Below, piece after piece: positions 12,500 to 24,885 of a stretch of DNA of 64,000 nucleotides. The notes beneath the pieces were generated by a model. It made no database searches. It worked only from the letters and a program-made list of their open reading frames with translations, and was not told the DNA's origin. Each line of letters starts with the position of its first letter. Positions within the stretch are counted from its first letter, which is position 1. Where the stretch lies: positions 160,332,001-160,396,000 of the forward strand of contig NC_067402.1 in NCBI RefSeq assembly GCF_016432865.1, given 5' to 3'. The position numbers were made by a program, and so were the translations under genes. Source of the stretch: Antechinus flavipes. Lineage: Eukaryota.

Positions 12500-13130
12500 C
12501 AATTGCTATATATGGTAGTGGGAAGGGACCTTAACAGCCTTCCAGCCCAACCAATACATGAAAAGAAATCTAGTTCTAACCCAAACAAGTGGTCATTCAT
12601 TATTTTCTTGAAGATCTCCAACGAGAGGAACTCACCACTTCCCAAGCTGAGTCACTTTATTTTTAGGACAGCCCTAATTTTTAGGAAGTTGATCCCATGC
12701 CTAAATTATCCTCTGGACAACTTTTCTCCTTTGTTCCTGGCTCTGCCCTCTGGAGCCTAAGAGGGGACACAAGAGTCTTCCTCCATATTAAATTGGCTAT
12801 TTGAATATCTGAGACCAACTATCAAGTTTCCCCAAAGTCTTCTCCAGGCTTAACATGCCTCAATTTAGGATTCCCAAGACAAAGTCCATGGGAGGACTCC
12901 CAAGTCCTCGATTCAGCTGAGTTTTTACACCACCTAAATTAAATTTAAGAGCCCAGGGCAGGTTCATCCCAAAGTAATCCCAAAGGATTAAGTGATGGAG
13001 TATTCTGATTCCAACTTTTGACAGGACAGCTAGCCATTCCCTTGTCATTTAATCAGCCTAATGCTTCTTTTTACTGAAAACTGATCAAAAGTTACCAAGG
13101 TTAAGGCTCAAGCTGCTCCCTCCCTTCGTG
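12500..13130 (-). mobile_element. CR1/L3 LINE fragment
   Basis: Resembles the reverse complement of the L3 3' region (gaagatctccaa...gaactcaccacttcc...cctggctctgccctctgg). Boundaries approximate. Confidence 0.6.
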
Positions 13131-15152
13131 TACCTTCCCAGTAGGAAAGGAAGGAATAATCATTTATGTAATACCTACTATGTGTTAGGCACTATGCTAA
13201 ACTCTTTTACAGATTATCTCTTTTGGTGGCTTCTGGCCATACTAACTGGCTTCTAGGTCACTTAAAGCCATAAAAGGGCCAATCTATTCCAATACCTTCC
13301 ACAGCTAACCAGATAAAGAGAGGGGAGCCCTTCTACTCCAAGTGTTTTGAATATCTTTAATTCAATGCTCTTTCTATGCTATGGCTAACTAAACCTCTTT
13401 TTGCTAACTGTTGAAGAACCTACAAGTACCTAATTTCATTCCAACAGGGAATCAACTATACTAATATGATCTACACAAGTTTATCTTGTATATAGTTTAT
13501 CTTCTAAATGTCTGTTTGCATGTCCTGTTACAGTAGAAGCTCCTTAAGAACAAGGATTGACTTTTGCCTCTTTTTGTACCCCTGATGCACAGCAGTACCT
13601 GACACATAGTAGATGCTTAATAAATATTCAGTAATTGATAGCCCATTATATAACTCTATGCTAAATAAAGCCTTGATTTGAGGAAAAGGAAAAAGGCAGA
13701 TGGGGAAGCCTAACTCCTAGATTAGAGTAAGCATTGCTGGGATGGAACGTTTTCATTGAGTCAAAGTAGAGAAAAAGTTGGAAAATCTCATCTAGTCAAG
13801 AGGAAATAAATTACCACCTTTCCAAGAAGTACTGCTGTTATACTTCTCTCCCACAAGATCACCTGTGGTTTCTGTTTAAAAGGCAAATGGACCTTTATGA
13901 TCTCTTGTCAGGACTTTGTAACTGAGTCTATGTTCAAATCTATAACTCGACATTCTGGTGACTGGGTCAAATTCACTTGTTTGGGGATAAAGGAAGTTGA
14001 GCCATTGGACAAGTAGTTCTTAGGAAGGAAAGGAAGAGAATAAGGATTTTTGTAGCACCTACTTTATATACTAGGCATTATGCTACCCATTTTTACAAAT
14101 ATCTCATTTGATCCTCACACCAACCTTGGGAGGAAAGCATTATTGAATTTGATATTCAATAGTGGATATTATTTTACAGCTGAGCAAAATGAGGCTACTT
14201 GATAGAGATAAAGTGACTTGTCCAGGGTCTCACCTCAGGGAAGGGTCTTTCCAGGTTCATCACTAACCATTTCATCACCAGATGCCCTGAGATCCCACCA
14301 TCTTAACTTGGGCATCCCCTGGAAAAGCATGACATGAGTCTCCAGACCCAGTGGGAATAGGACCCAAGACCCAGAACAGATACAGTTATCCCAGGGAAGG
14401 TGGTGGTCTATCCCCAAATTCCAACATCACAAAAAGACTGCGGGAGGCTGAAGCCTGGGTACAGTGGTGGGAGAAAGCAGACTCCAAGAGATCTGCAAAG
14501 TGTAAGTCTACTGCAAAAAAGCAACTCCTTGAGGAAAAGCCTCAATCAGTAACTATGATGAAGATAATAGTTATAAATCTGCTCTGCAGCTCCACTGATA
14601 GCAATTTTTTTAGACCCCCATTCACACAGCTTAGCCTTTAGAAATCATCAGAATACTTTGTAAAGATCTGGGACATTTAGTCCATCTTGTTTAGATTCTG
14701 GAAAAAATTCAAAAGCATACAGAAAAATTAGGTACTAAGAACTTAAAAAGTGTGCCCATATAGTCACAAACATGAGGCTGCACAATTGAGTTACAAGTCA
14801 AATGGCAAGGGATGACAAACTTGATCAAGAAGCAATTATGAATGCCTGCCAAATGTGAGGTGCTGTACGGTGGTCCTTGCCCTCAAGTAGCTTATGGACA
14901 TAAAAAAGCTGCCAGAACTTGTGTATTTTAAGTTACAAGGACTACATGAATGAGACAGACAGTAAGAACAACATGATTTCAGAGAAGGAAAACCTCATCA
15001 TGGCCTAGGGGAGAAGGCTTCCTACAGGGAGCAGGACTTCAGTTGCTTAGTAACAGACGAGAGGGACTCTAGTAGCTTCAATAGACCAGGCTGGTTGACT
15101 AGGTCCCATTAGGAAAAGTAGTTGAAATTACAAGTGGGGGAAAGAGGCTGGG

Positions 15153-15155
<3 letters not shown>

Positions 15156-15188
<33 letters not shown>

Positions 15189-15319
15189 AGACAGATGGGC
15201 TTAAGTGACTTGCCCAGGGTCCCACAGCTAGGAAGTGTTAAGTATCTGAGACCCAATTTGAAGTCAGGTCCTCCTGATTTCAAGGCAGGTGCTCTATCCA
15301 CTGCTCCACCCAGCTGCCC
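15156..15319 (-). mobile_element. WSINE1-type SINE, young
   Basis: Full head GGGCAGCTGGGTGGAGCAGTGGATAGAGC on the minus strand, ~30-nt poly(A) tail and TSD-like CTGGGGCC on both sides. Confidence 0.9.
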
Positions 15320-17335
15320 CTGGGGCCAAATTTTAAAAAGTCTCAAATACCAGTTTGGGGTTTGAACAGTTTCATGACCATTTCACCTCTGAAACATATA
15401 AAGGAAGCTCCAAAGACCCAACTACCTATCTGACATTTAGTTAATACCTTCTTAACGCTGTTGGGAAACCCTGGAAATAAGGAAGTAACATGGCAGTCCT
15501 ACTCCAATCTGGTTTAGAACGGCTGCATTTAGACTTAATAAACTAGGAGGAAAATTAGGAAGGGTAAAGAGAGGGGAGGAGTTAGGAAGTCAAAAAATTA
15601 GAGAAGATTCTACTGGTGTCAGAACAGAACAATGGCAGAGGGAAACAACAAAATAAAACATACATATCATAGACTTTGGGAGCTGATCTTCTAGTGAAAG
15701 GGGTGTCAATTTAAGGATGAAGTACCTGAGGTCCAGAGGGTTTGAACAACTATACTTCTGCTTAAAAGAAAATAACTGGACTGGAAGTGGAAAGTGCCTG
15801 CAGCAGCCAGGGCCTAATTTCCACAAGGGGGCCTCATCTGTGCAGCAGCAGGAATATCATGCCCATGGAAAGGCCCTGGGTGGAAACTAGTGTGAAGAGA
15901 AGCCGGGAAGACAATGACCTGCCAAGTACAATGTTCTTTTTTTATAAACAGGCAGGGGAAGGGCCTGCCAAAGACAGAGCATCTTAAATACAGCTGTGTC
16001 ATCAAATAAACCATGAGTTTAACACACACACCCCAACACCCTCTGCATTAATTATAGCACTGTCATTTGTACACTATCATTTACCAAAGGGCACAAGTGA
16101 GAGAGAATTAATGGGAGAGAACCAGGCAATGGGACACCAAAAAAAAAAAAAATCTGTATCACTTATTAAAGTACCTTAAGAAAAGAGGAGGGGAAAAACT
16201 TAGGGTCGATTTTTAGTAGGTTTTCTCATTTGCCTTTGGTTCTTTCAACAAAAAGGAACAACCTCCTTTCTTAGGGGAAGACCCTGGGTAAGGGATTCCC
16301 AAGCCACTCCAAACAGTGGAAAACATGACTCTCAGATATTGTCTCACTCACTGAAAGCTGAACTCTTCCCCCATTCCCTCTACATGATAAATTCATTAAC
16401 TTCTCCTCCCTTAAGGTCCTACCTTACCATTCCCCCTATTCTTAGTTTCAACACAACCAATATCTAGTCAGAGTAACAGTTGGATTTAGCATTATTCTAC
16501 AGTCAAGATTCCCAACATCAGAAGAAAGAAGAAGATATAGTATCGAGAAAGAGTGAAAAATCCCAATCACCTTCTAGAGATTTGAAGATACCTTTAGATT
16601 TTTTATTCTACAATCTGAAATACTTTGAGTCTTTTTGGTCTCATTTTCCCAAAGGGAAAAAAGGCATTTTATGGCATGGAAATGGTGGGTTTATAAGTAC
16701 AATAAGAGATATCTCAGAGGTCTAAATTGGGAAGGGGACCGCAGATATTTCGACAAATCTGAAAGCTTCTGTAGTTTGCTAAAAATGATAATAATAATAA
16801 TAAATACTACATCTAAAAAGAATAAGTGTTGCAATGAACAATAGAAATTTTTTTTAAAGAATTCAAATCCATCCATGGATATTTACTAACTATGTGACCC
16901 TACCTATAAAATGGGGATAATAATAGCACCTACCTCCCAGAATAATAGTATCAAATGAGGTAGTTATAAAAATATTTGCAAACCTTAAAACCACTATATA
17001 AATGCTAGCTATTAAGACATGAATATGAGTAAAAAGTTTTATTATGATTAAGGATTCTAATCAGGAACAGATGTTTTCAATCTTAAATTATCTAACATAA
17101 ATACATCCCATATAACATTGAATAGCTTCACCCATATAAAACATTTTACATTTCAACTAATGTCACTCAGAGAAGTATTATGATCACTACATTTGGGGAA
17201 AGGGAGGCTCAGGTTGATTAAGGGGTGAGAAAGAAGTGATCCAGCTAATAAATGGCAAAGCCAAGACCCACTCAAATCCAGTTTTTCCAAGTCCAGTTCC
17301 CTTGTTCTTTTGTTTAGATTGTACTACTTTCTCTG

Positions 17336-17580
17336 GACACAGGTGGCATAATGGATAGCGTGCTGAGCTAGAGTCAGAAAGACTCATCTTTATGAGTTCG
17401 AATTTGGCCTCAGACACTTAACTAGCTGTGTAATTCTGGACAAGTCACTTAACCCTTTTAGTTCTCTCATATGTAAAATGAGCTGGAAAAGGCAATGGCA
17501 AATCACTCCAGTATCTTTTTCGCTGAAATGCCAAATGGGGTCCAGAAGAGTCAGACATTACTGAAAACAACTAGAACTAC
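17336..17580 (+). mobile_element. MAR1-type SINE (CORE-SINE with RTE-like tail)
   Basis: tRNA head, CORE and tail gaaaaggcaatggcaaatcactccagtatc...aaatggggtcc. Confidence 0.75.
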
Positions 17581-19061
17581 TTTCACTAATAAACTGGTAA
17601 GGAGATTAAGGAAAAGAAAAAAAAAAAAAACCTCATATGAAAAATTATTGGGGGAAGAACTTTTCTTAGAAACCAAGAACTGGAAAACAAAATGAATATG
17701 TGTTGGTTAGTTTAACAAACTAGTGTATGAATGCAATGGATTGTTACAATGTTAGAAGAAACAAATTCAAGGCAACTTGGGGAAAATAGTATAAAATAAT
17801 ATTGAACAAAATAAGCAGGATGTACATGTACAAGGTACATGATGACCACCAAAAAAAAAAAAGTAAAGGAAAACATTTAAAGTGTTCCAAACTGTTACCA
17901 ATTCAGAGACCAATCATCATTTCAAAAAACAGATGAATAATACCTCCCACGTTCCAGAAGACAAGTGGTAGATAAAAGGTTCAAGAGCAACACATTTTCA
18001 GATATGGACTATGAGTTGATTTGTTGTCCTTCACTCTTATTAGGATTGGGAGGAGATGGGTGGCAGTACAGAAGAGGCAAAGATCTGAGAGAAATGACGC
18101 TGATATTTTCAAAAAGGAACATAAAACATTTTTACAAATAAAAAGCAGGTGGCACTACACCTACATTCCCATTAAAAAGGATAGCAAGGAGTTTGTTCTA
18201 AATGTTATGGATGATAGGGGTTTGGAGGTTTCACAATCAAACAAAATTTTGAGTACTCCAAGATCAAAAATAATTTAAAAAAATTTTTAAATCCTTCAAA
18301 AGGATTTGATTGGCTGAGGAACATTTGATTGTTAACAATTAAACAAAAAGCTCTAAGCATTTTTAATGGGGGGAAGGGAGGAAGAAAAGAAGGAAGAAAC
18401 CATAGGTATCCATTTTGGAAATGGCTAAAAAGTTATAACTTATTAATATAAAGAAATATCATTGCACTACAAAACTTCATTAAGACACAAAAAAATGGGC
18501 AATTCAGACATATATATATTACATATTTGTATGTAATATATACTCAAAGGAAACAGAACCAAGAAGCAACATGTAAAATTACTATAATTCATGAAACAAA
18601 AAAGAATACCAAAATGAAGCAAAATGCTGTGTTAAGTCATGGCTCTCTAGAACAGATAAGGAAAAGTGTTCCTTTTTGGGAAATAAAGACAAGGGTTGGA
18701 GAATGAAGCCTACATATTAGATGAAATCCTTGTATTGTTTGGCTTTTCTTGTTTTTGTTACAAGAGAAGGGTCACGTAGTAGAATAGTACACAGAAATTA
18801 CTATCCTGAAAAGCAAAAGAGAGCAATAAATTTGATTTTTTAGAAAGAGCTTCCCAGGAGAAAAGGGTCCCTTTGAAGCCTACCTCAGACACTATCTCCA
18901 ATTCATCCTTTATCTATTTTCCTGCTACCTAATTGTTTACATGTGGTCCCTTACATTAGACTAGGAGCTCTTTAAAAATAATGGACAATTTTTGCCATTC
19001 TTTTATCCCCAGCACTGAACATTGTTCCTGGTGCATAATAAGTGCTTAATATTTCTCAGGG

Positions 19062-19262
19062 TTTTTTTTCTCTTCTTGATCCGATTTTTCTTGTGCAACA
19101 AGATAATTATGTATACATATACTGGATTTAGCATATATTTTAATATATTTAACATTTATTGGACTACCTGTCAGCCAGGGGAGGGAATAGGGGGAAGGAG
19201 AGAAAAAGTTGGAACAGAAGGTTTTGCAAGAGTCAATGTTGAAAAATTACCCATGCATATGA
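19062..19262 (+). mobile_element. L1 3'UTR fragment
   Basis: Similar to the other L1 3' ends in the window (ttggaacagaagg...aaaaattacccatgcat). Confidence 0.7.
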
Positions 19263-19754
19263 GTTTGTTCATGTGCCTCTACCACCTACATTTTCTCCTC
19301 AAGTTCTCTCCTTAGAAGTGACCATCTAAAACAAATCAGACAACCTGAAGAGTGAATATTATGTGTGATTTCTTGGTATCAGAAACAAAGATTAGAAAAA
19401 AATGAAGTAGACAGAATAGGACTGAAGAAAGGTCAGGTTCTCTAGAGGCTTTCCCATGCATCCCAATTTCCCTGTCTCAATGTTTTAGACAATTTCAAAG
19501 CATATTTCATCTTGTATTTGTTATTTAACTTTTTGTTGCAGTTCTAGTAACCAAAATAAGCAAAAGTCTGCAAACCTAATTTCTCACCTCATCCCCCACA
19601 CCAGAAATTGTCTCTGAGCACCAGCAAAGTGTTCATATGCCTGCTAATGAAAAGTTTAGAAAATGTGGCAAACTTGAGGGATTTGACATTTGCCATTTTC
19701 TCAACTCAGTCACAAAGTTGGTAAGGCAACATGTGGCTTTTTACCTTAAGGCAT

Positions 19755-19935
19755 AGGCTTAAACTCCCAAGTGTGGCTCCTACCAGATGAAAATATCAAT
19801 GGGAAATATTTAACAAAATAAATAAAAATATAATAGAACACAGACAGATACAGTTAATATGAGGTTTCCTAAGTCAACATGCAGTCAGCAGGGATCCTTT
19901 TATAAGCTTTAGGGGCACTGCAAGTTTGACACCAA
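19755..19935. mobile_element. Old hAT-type MITE
   Basis: AT-rich core ending gtttgacacca. A related copy appears in reverse orientation at about 47840-47995. Confidence 0.45.
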
Positions 19936-20861
19936 TGTTTTAAATTATTTACTTTCAATATTTCCAAAGCAATTAAACGCCCAGTTTATGGAAGGCATCA
20001 TAATCAGCACTATACTCATAATGACCTAGGGCAAATCATTTTACTTCCCTGGGTCTCAGTTTATTTGTAGAAGCTTCGAAGGAGTTGGACTAAATGATTT
20101 CTAACGTCTTTTCTCTTAGGATCTAATTCCAAGGGCATCCCCATCTCCAGCACTGGGGTAGAAACAGATAAAGGAGTGAGGGGGCAGGAAAATAAAGAAC
20201 TGAAATGGTTTTTAAAAGACACAATGTGGCACAATGGAGCGAGAACTGGCTCTGCCTCTGACAGTACTTGGTAGTGAGTTCCTGGGCAAGCCTGACTTCT
20301 TATGCCCCAAGTAACTCTTTCACAATTGTACATTACAAATCCCAGTGGAAGAAAAGTTACACACCAGAAGATCCCTATTGGATAATTTCACAGATCTCTA
20401 CTGCTCCATATCATCTTCCCTCCCCAGAAATGTAGGCCAAGTGCCAACAGAGCATCATCATTTTATTGTTGTTTTCCTATTCTAGACACAGAAATGCAAG
20501 CAAAGGAATAAAAAACAAAAGCATTTTCTATATAGATTCATCATCTAAAGCTATTTCCTGCCTTTCTTGGGAAATAAGAGAAATTCCATTCCCTTACACT
20601 CCAATCTTCGGCCTTTGAGGAAGGGGAAAACGACCTCTCCTGCCTTCCAGGAAGGGGAAAAAGACCATTTCCTTCGTTTTCTCACCTTGTCCCCTCCCCT
20701 GAGTTGGTTGAGGCCCTCAGAGGACCTGTGGCCAAACTCCTAGGAGTGTTGATAACCTACCTGAACTCATTCTTCAATGATTAACTCCCACCTGCTGCTG
20801 AGTGTAGCTGGAGAAAATCACAAAAACACTACAAATTTATATTCTATACTTCAAAATGACG

Positions 20862-21003
20862 GGGGCAGCAGGATGGCACAGTGGCCAGACCATTGGCCCT
20901 GAAGTCAGAGGAACCCGAGTTCAACTATGGCCTCAAACACTTAACATTCACTAACTGCTATGTGATCCTTGGCAAGTCACTTAACTCCACGCCTCACAAA
21001 AAA
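20862..21003 (+). mobile_element. WSINE1-type SINE
   Basis: ggggcagcaggatggcacagtgg head, CORE and short A-tail. Confidence 0.75.
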
Positions 21004-21009
21004 GTGAAT

Positions 21010-22625
21010 AAAATAAAATGGACTCTCACTGTGGCAAGGCAATATTTTTACACCACCCTGAGTCATTATCCCTCTCATCACAGGAGTTCTTCCAAACCTT
21101 TTCATCCTTTTCTAAACTTTTCATGGTTTCTCTTCTTCAAACTGTTTCAGACAAGAATTTTGTCTCATACGTCACTAGAAATTTCAGGCCATTCACCAGA
21201 GTTCCCCTTTTCCCCTACACATCTCATGCCACTTTTCCCCGTATCTCCTCCTCCGTTCCTTTCTCACATGGAAAAGTGGCCCTTCTCCTTAACAAAGTAA
21301 ATCTCTCATCATATAAGTGATTCCATTCCATCTCATATATCCTCCAATAGACTGCCTCTTTTCACTCCCATTTTCACTTATCTTCAGTCTCTCCCAATCT
21401 TCTCTGTTACCTACAAGCATGCTCTTAACCCTTCCATTTTCAAAAGACCCTAATTTGATCTTCCATCCCATAACTCCCTCCCTTTTTTGACTAAACACCT
21501 TGAGAAAGCAGTCTGTACTTTCTTCTCATTCTCTTAAGTCTCAACTTCCTGTCCCCAGAGTTCATTCAACTAAAACCATTCTCTTTTAAGTTACAAATGA
21601 CTTCCTAACTACAACCCCCTTTTCTCTTTTACCTTTCCATAACCTCAATTGCTCTCTTCCCCTAAATATTTTCCTTACTCAAGATTTCCAAGATAATATT
21701 CTCTCCGGCAGGTCTCTAACAACTTCTGAGGCTCCTTTGCTGAAATCTTTCTCCAAGTCACACCAGCTAAACGGGGACCCCCAAGATTCTGTCGATCAGC
21801 TATTATGGATTGAATGATCTCTAAGCAATTCTCAGTCCTATTTATCCAGTTCCTAACATCTTTCCTAATCTCCTGTTGCCTACCAGATATCATGAACTAA
21901 ATGTCCTATGGGCATTTTAAAACAGCATATCCAAAAGTGAACTCAATATCTTTCCTCCAAACTCTATTCTTTTCTGAACTTTTCTGTCACTCTAGATTAC
22001 TACTACCCTCCCAGGCACCCAGACTCAGAATGAGGGTGTCATGCTTGATCCTCGAAGCTCTTTCAGATATACCCCATCCAATCTATTGCCAACTTTTCCA
22101 GTTCATCCTTCACTTAGCTGTCAAAGTGATCTTAAATTGCAAGCCTGAACTTGTCATCACCAGCATCCCCACTCAAAAACCCCCCCGGGATCAAAGTTCC
22201 TTGTCCCACAATCCTTCCTAATTTGATGCCCCCCATCTTTCCAGTCTCCTTACCCTTATTCCAGCTCTCACCCAAACTCTATAATCCATAGACAGTGCCT
22301 CCTTACTGTACCTTGAACCAGAAATCCCATCGGGTATTTTCATTTACTAAATCTGAATGCTTGGATTGTTCTTTCCCTCCCTCTCTCTCCTAGACTCCCT
22401 GTGCTCCAAGTCCAGCTACAATCCCATTTTCAAGTTTTCCTGTCCCCTTAGCATTGGTGCTATTAATCATCTCAAGTTTATCTTGTATACAGACAGTTTG
22501 TTTGTGGGCACCCCCATTAGTCTAGGAACTCCTCTGAGAGCAGTGACTGTTTTCTCTTTCTTTGTACCCCCAAATCTTAGCACAATGCCTGGCACAGAAT
22601 AAGTATTTCATCAATGCTTACTTGC
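21010..22625 (+). mobile_element. L2 LINE fragment (about 1.6 kb)
   Basis: Pyrimidine-rich L2 body ending in the canonical tail cttagcacaatgcctggcacagaataag. Confidence 0.75.
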
Positions 22626-24109
22626 TGGTGAATTTAGGAATGTAATCTACTTCCTCAGAAGTTTAACCCAAAGTAACCAAGATCATTTCCAAATCATCAG
22701 AAAGTGGAGGAATATTTTCAAAAGTGTTCTGCTTCTGATAGTTCTCTATGGTCCCACACATATTTTGTGATTTAAGCATAAAGCAAAAGGCTAAAAGTAG
22801 GTCAGAAGACTAGATCTTATCTATGAAGCAGTTGTATCTTGAAAGCCTAAAGATAGTGAAAGACTTAGATGTAAAAGATAACTTACTAGAAATAAATTGT
22901 ATATAGCGCCTATCTGCTTCTGCAATTACCCAGAGCACCTTAGAACCAATTGCTAGTGGCAAGGATAATCAATGCCCTTTTATAGGTAAGTAGAAATATA
23001 AAGGAAACAGGCCAGTTAACTTGCCATTACTCAGCAATTTAATACTAAGGGTGAGAGATATTTCCATCAAATTAATACATACACACTATCTGCCCTTTTG
23101 CACATTTGTTCAAATTTGATGAAGCAATTACCTTACAATTAACATCCTCAAGTAATATGTCTACCATACCCATCTCACTGGTGAAGGAACTGCCTCCCCA
23201 AGATCACACATATGCCTAGCAAAGTGGGACAAAAGCTGAGGTTTGACTCCAAGGAAGGTGCTGTTTCCATTAGATGGTTTCCTGACCATCTTCTCTCAAT
23301 CCTCACTCAACTGAGTCACCCCCACCTACTCCTTTCATCTTACTTCCAAAATGATGACCCCCAAATTAAGGAAATATTTCCTTTACTAACAACTTCATTC
23401 CATGATTTCATCCCAAAGCAGTGAATTACCAAGTACACTTGAAGGGGGGAGGCGGGGTTGGCTTAGGCAAGTGAGAGTACTTTGGAAGACCTGAAGTCAC
23501 CAAAAGTGTCCTTCAGGCAAATTCTCCGGAAAGAGGAACCAAAACCAAACAAATCTCTTTGTGGCCTTTCTTTCGGGCCTCCCCCACCCCGGGTGTAAAG
23601 TACACCTGGGGAAGGAGAGCTGGGTTCTTGAAGTCCTTTCCGGAAAGGAAGGACCCTTCCCCCCACCTCCACTTAAGAGGAGGAAGAAGTGAATTTAGAG
23701 CTTTACCCACCTCCTCTAAAGGACTAGATCTCCACTCAAGTGCAGGTGAGAACAGAGAAGTTTCTCTACTCCCCCTCCCCCCTTCCATTACACCCCCAAG
23801 TTCAAAGATCTTGGCCAACCTTCCCCCAAAGCCTCTGAGACCTGAAGTGGATTTGAAACTCTTCAGAGTAATAACAGGACTAATAGGACAGCCTTTTTGG
23901 AAGCTCAGCAGCCCTCGTGCCCCCCCTCCCTGGGGGGGAAGGGGGGGAAGGAAGGCCTAATTGTGATTTCACTAGTTTTGGGAACTCCCAGGTGAGCAAA
24001 CTTCTTCCAGCCCCACATACCGGCTGGCACCGAGTCAGGCCGCAGAGAAGGATGTCAAGAGGGATAGCTAAGACATACAAATACACGAAAAACTAAAGCC
24101 GGGGCTCAC

Positions 24110-24187
24110 CCTTGCCGACGTTTCTCCGAACAGGGGTCTGTTGTCCAGGCCACTGGTGCCATAGGTCCTAGTGGTAAAGTCCTCCAT
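24110..24187 (-). CDS. TMEM243: TMEM243 coding exon 1 (MEDFTTRTYGTSGLDNRPLFGETSAR, 26 codons)
   Basis: ATG at 24187-24185. The peptide matches the known TMEM243 N-terminus and ends at donor AGG|GTGAGC (GT at 24109-24108), phase 0. Confidence 0.97.
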
Positions 24188-24859
24188 GTTCCCCCTTTTT
24201 TGTCCCTTTAAAAAGGCAGTTGTTTGTTCTCTCCAATCGGCTCTCAAAACAGAGTCATCTCCGTCTCCAGTGGCCTTTACTCCCACGATACACCGTGCTG
24301 GCTATTTAAGGTACTCATTGCGGGGGAACTATTGATTGGAAATGGCTATAAGGGGGACGCTCAATACCAGGTTCGGAGACCTCTTCCTCCAACTTTTAAT
24401 TCCTTCTTCATGGTGAGATGCTGCTGCAGGGGGGGTGGAAAGATACCAAAACCATTTGGCCAACAGGTTCTCTGGAGAAACTTGTACCGAAAGGCTAGAC
24501 TACCCTTTCCATAATCCTACCCCCCAAAACGTGAGAAGTGGTAGTGCCCCCTCCCTTCACCAAAAGGGCTTCTTCCTGGCACCCTAAAAATAAGTTAGAC
24601 TTTCTCCTGCTGTCCCACAGTCCCACAGAAAATCTGAGGCTCTGAAATCGAGATAGATGGAAGGGATGAGGGAGTGCAGGAAGATGTCCCCAACCTGGAC
24701 CCCTTTCGAAGTCAGCCTTTCGAAAACAGTAACCACTGGTACACTTTCTAAAAATCATCAAACCGTGGCCGCATCACTATGAAAGCTGCAAGGGTGCCCT
24801 TCCCCCTCCCTCTCTTTTTCCAAACGGGTGCCAGAGTAAACGAGGCGTCCACAACGTAC

Positions 24860-24885
24860 GGAAAGCCCCGTTCTGCGGGGCTTTC
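24860..24885. promoter_or_regulatory. Inverted pair of NF-kB-like sites forming a perfect 10-bp stem
   Basis: GGAAAGCCCC at 24860-24869 is the reverse complement of GGGGCTTTCC. GGGGCTTTCA on the other arm starts at 24877. The stem is GAAAGCCCCG/CGGGGCTTTC with loop TTCTG. Confidence 0.45.

Noticed and set aside
23559-23960. 133-aa Pro/Gly-rich ORF antisense to TMEM243 intron 1, plus other overlapping ORFs at 23.4-26 kb (possible gag)
   Set aside because: No gag motifs (MHR, CCHC) and no PBS or flanking LTR. Long ORFs are expected by chance in GC-rich CpG-island sequence.
24861-24885. Hairpin resembling a bacterial rho-independent terminator (possible contamination or HGT)
   Set aside because: It has no U-tract, and it is embedded in a continuous vertebrate CpG island with no bacterial ORFs nearby. 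Kept only as a regulatory candidate.
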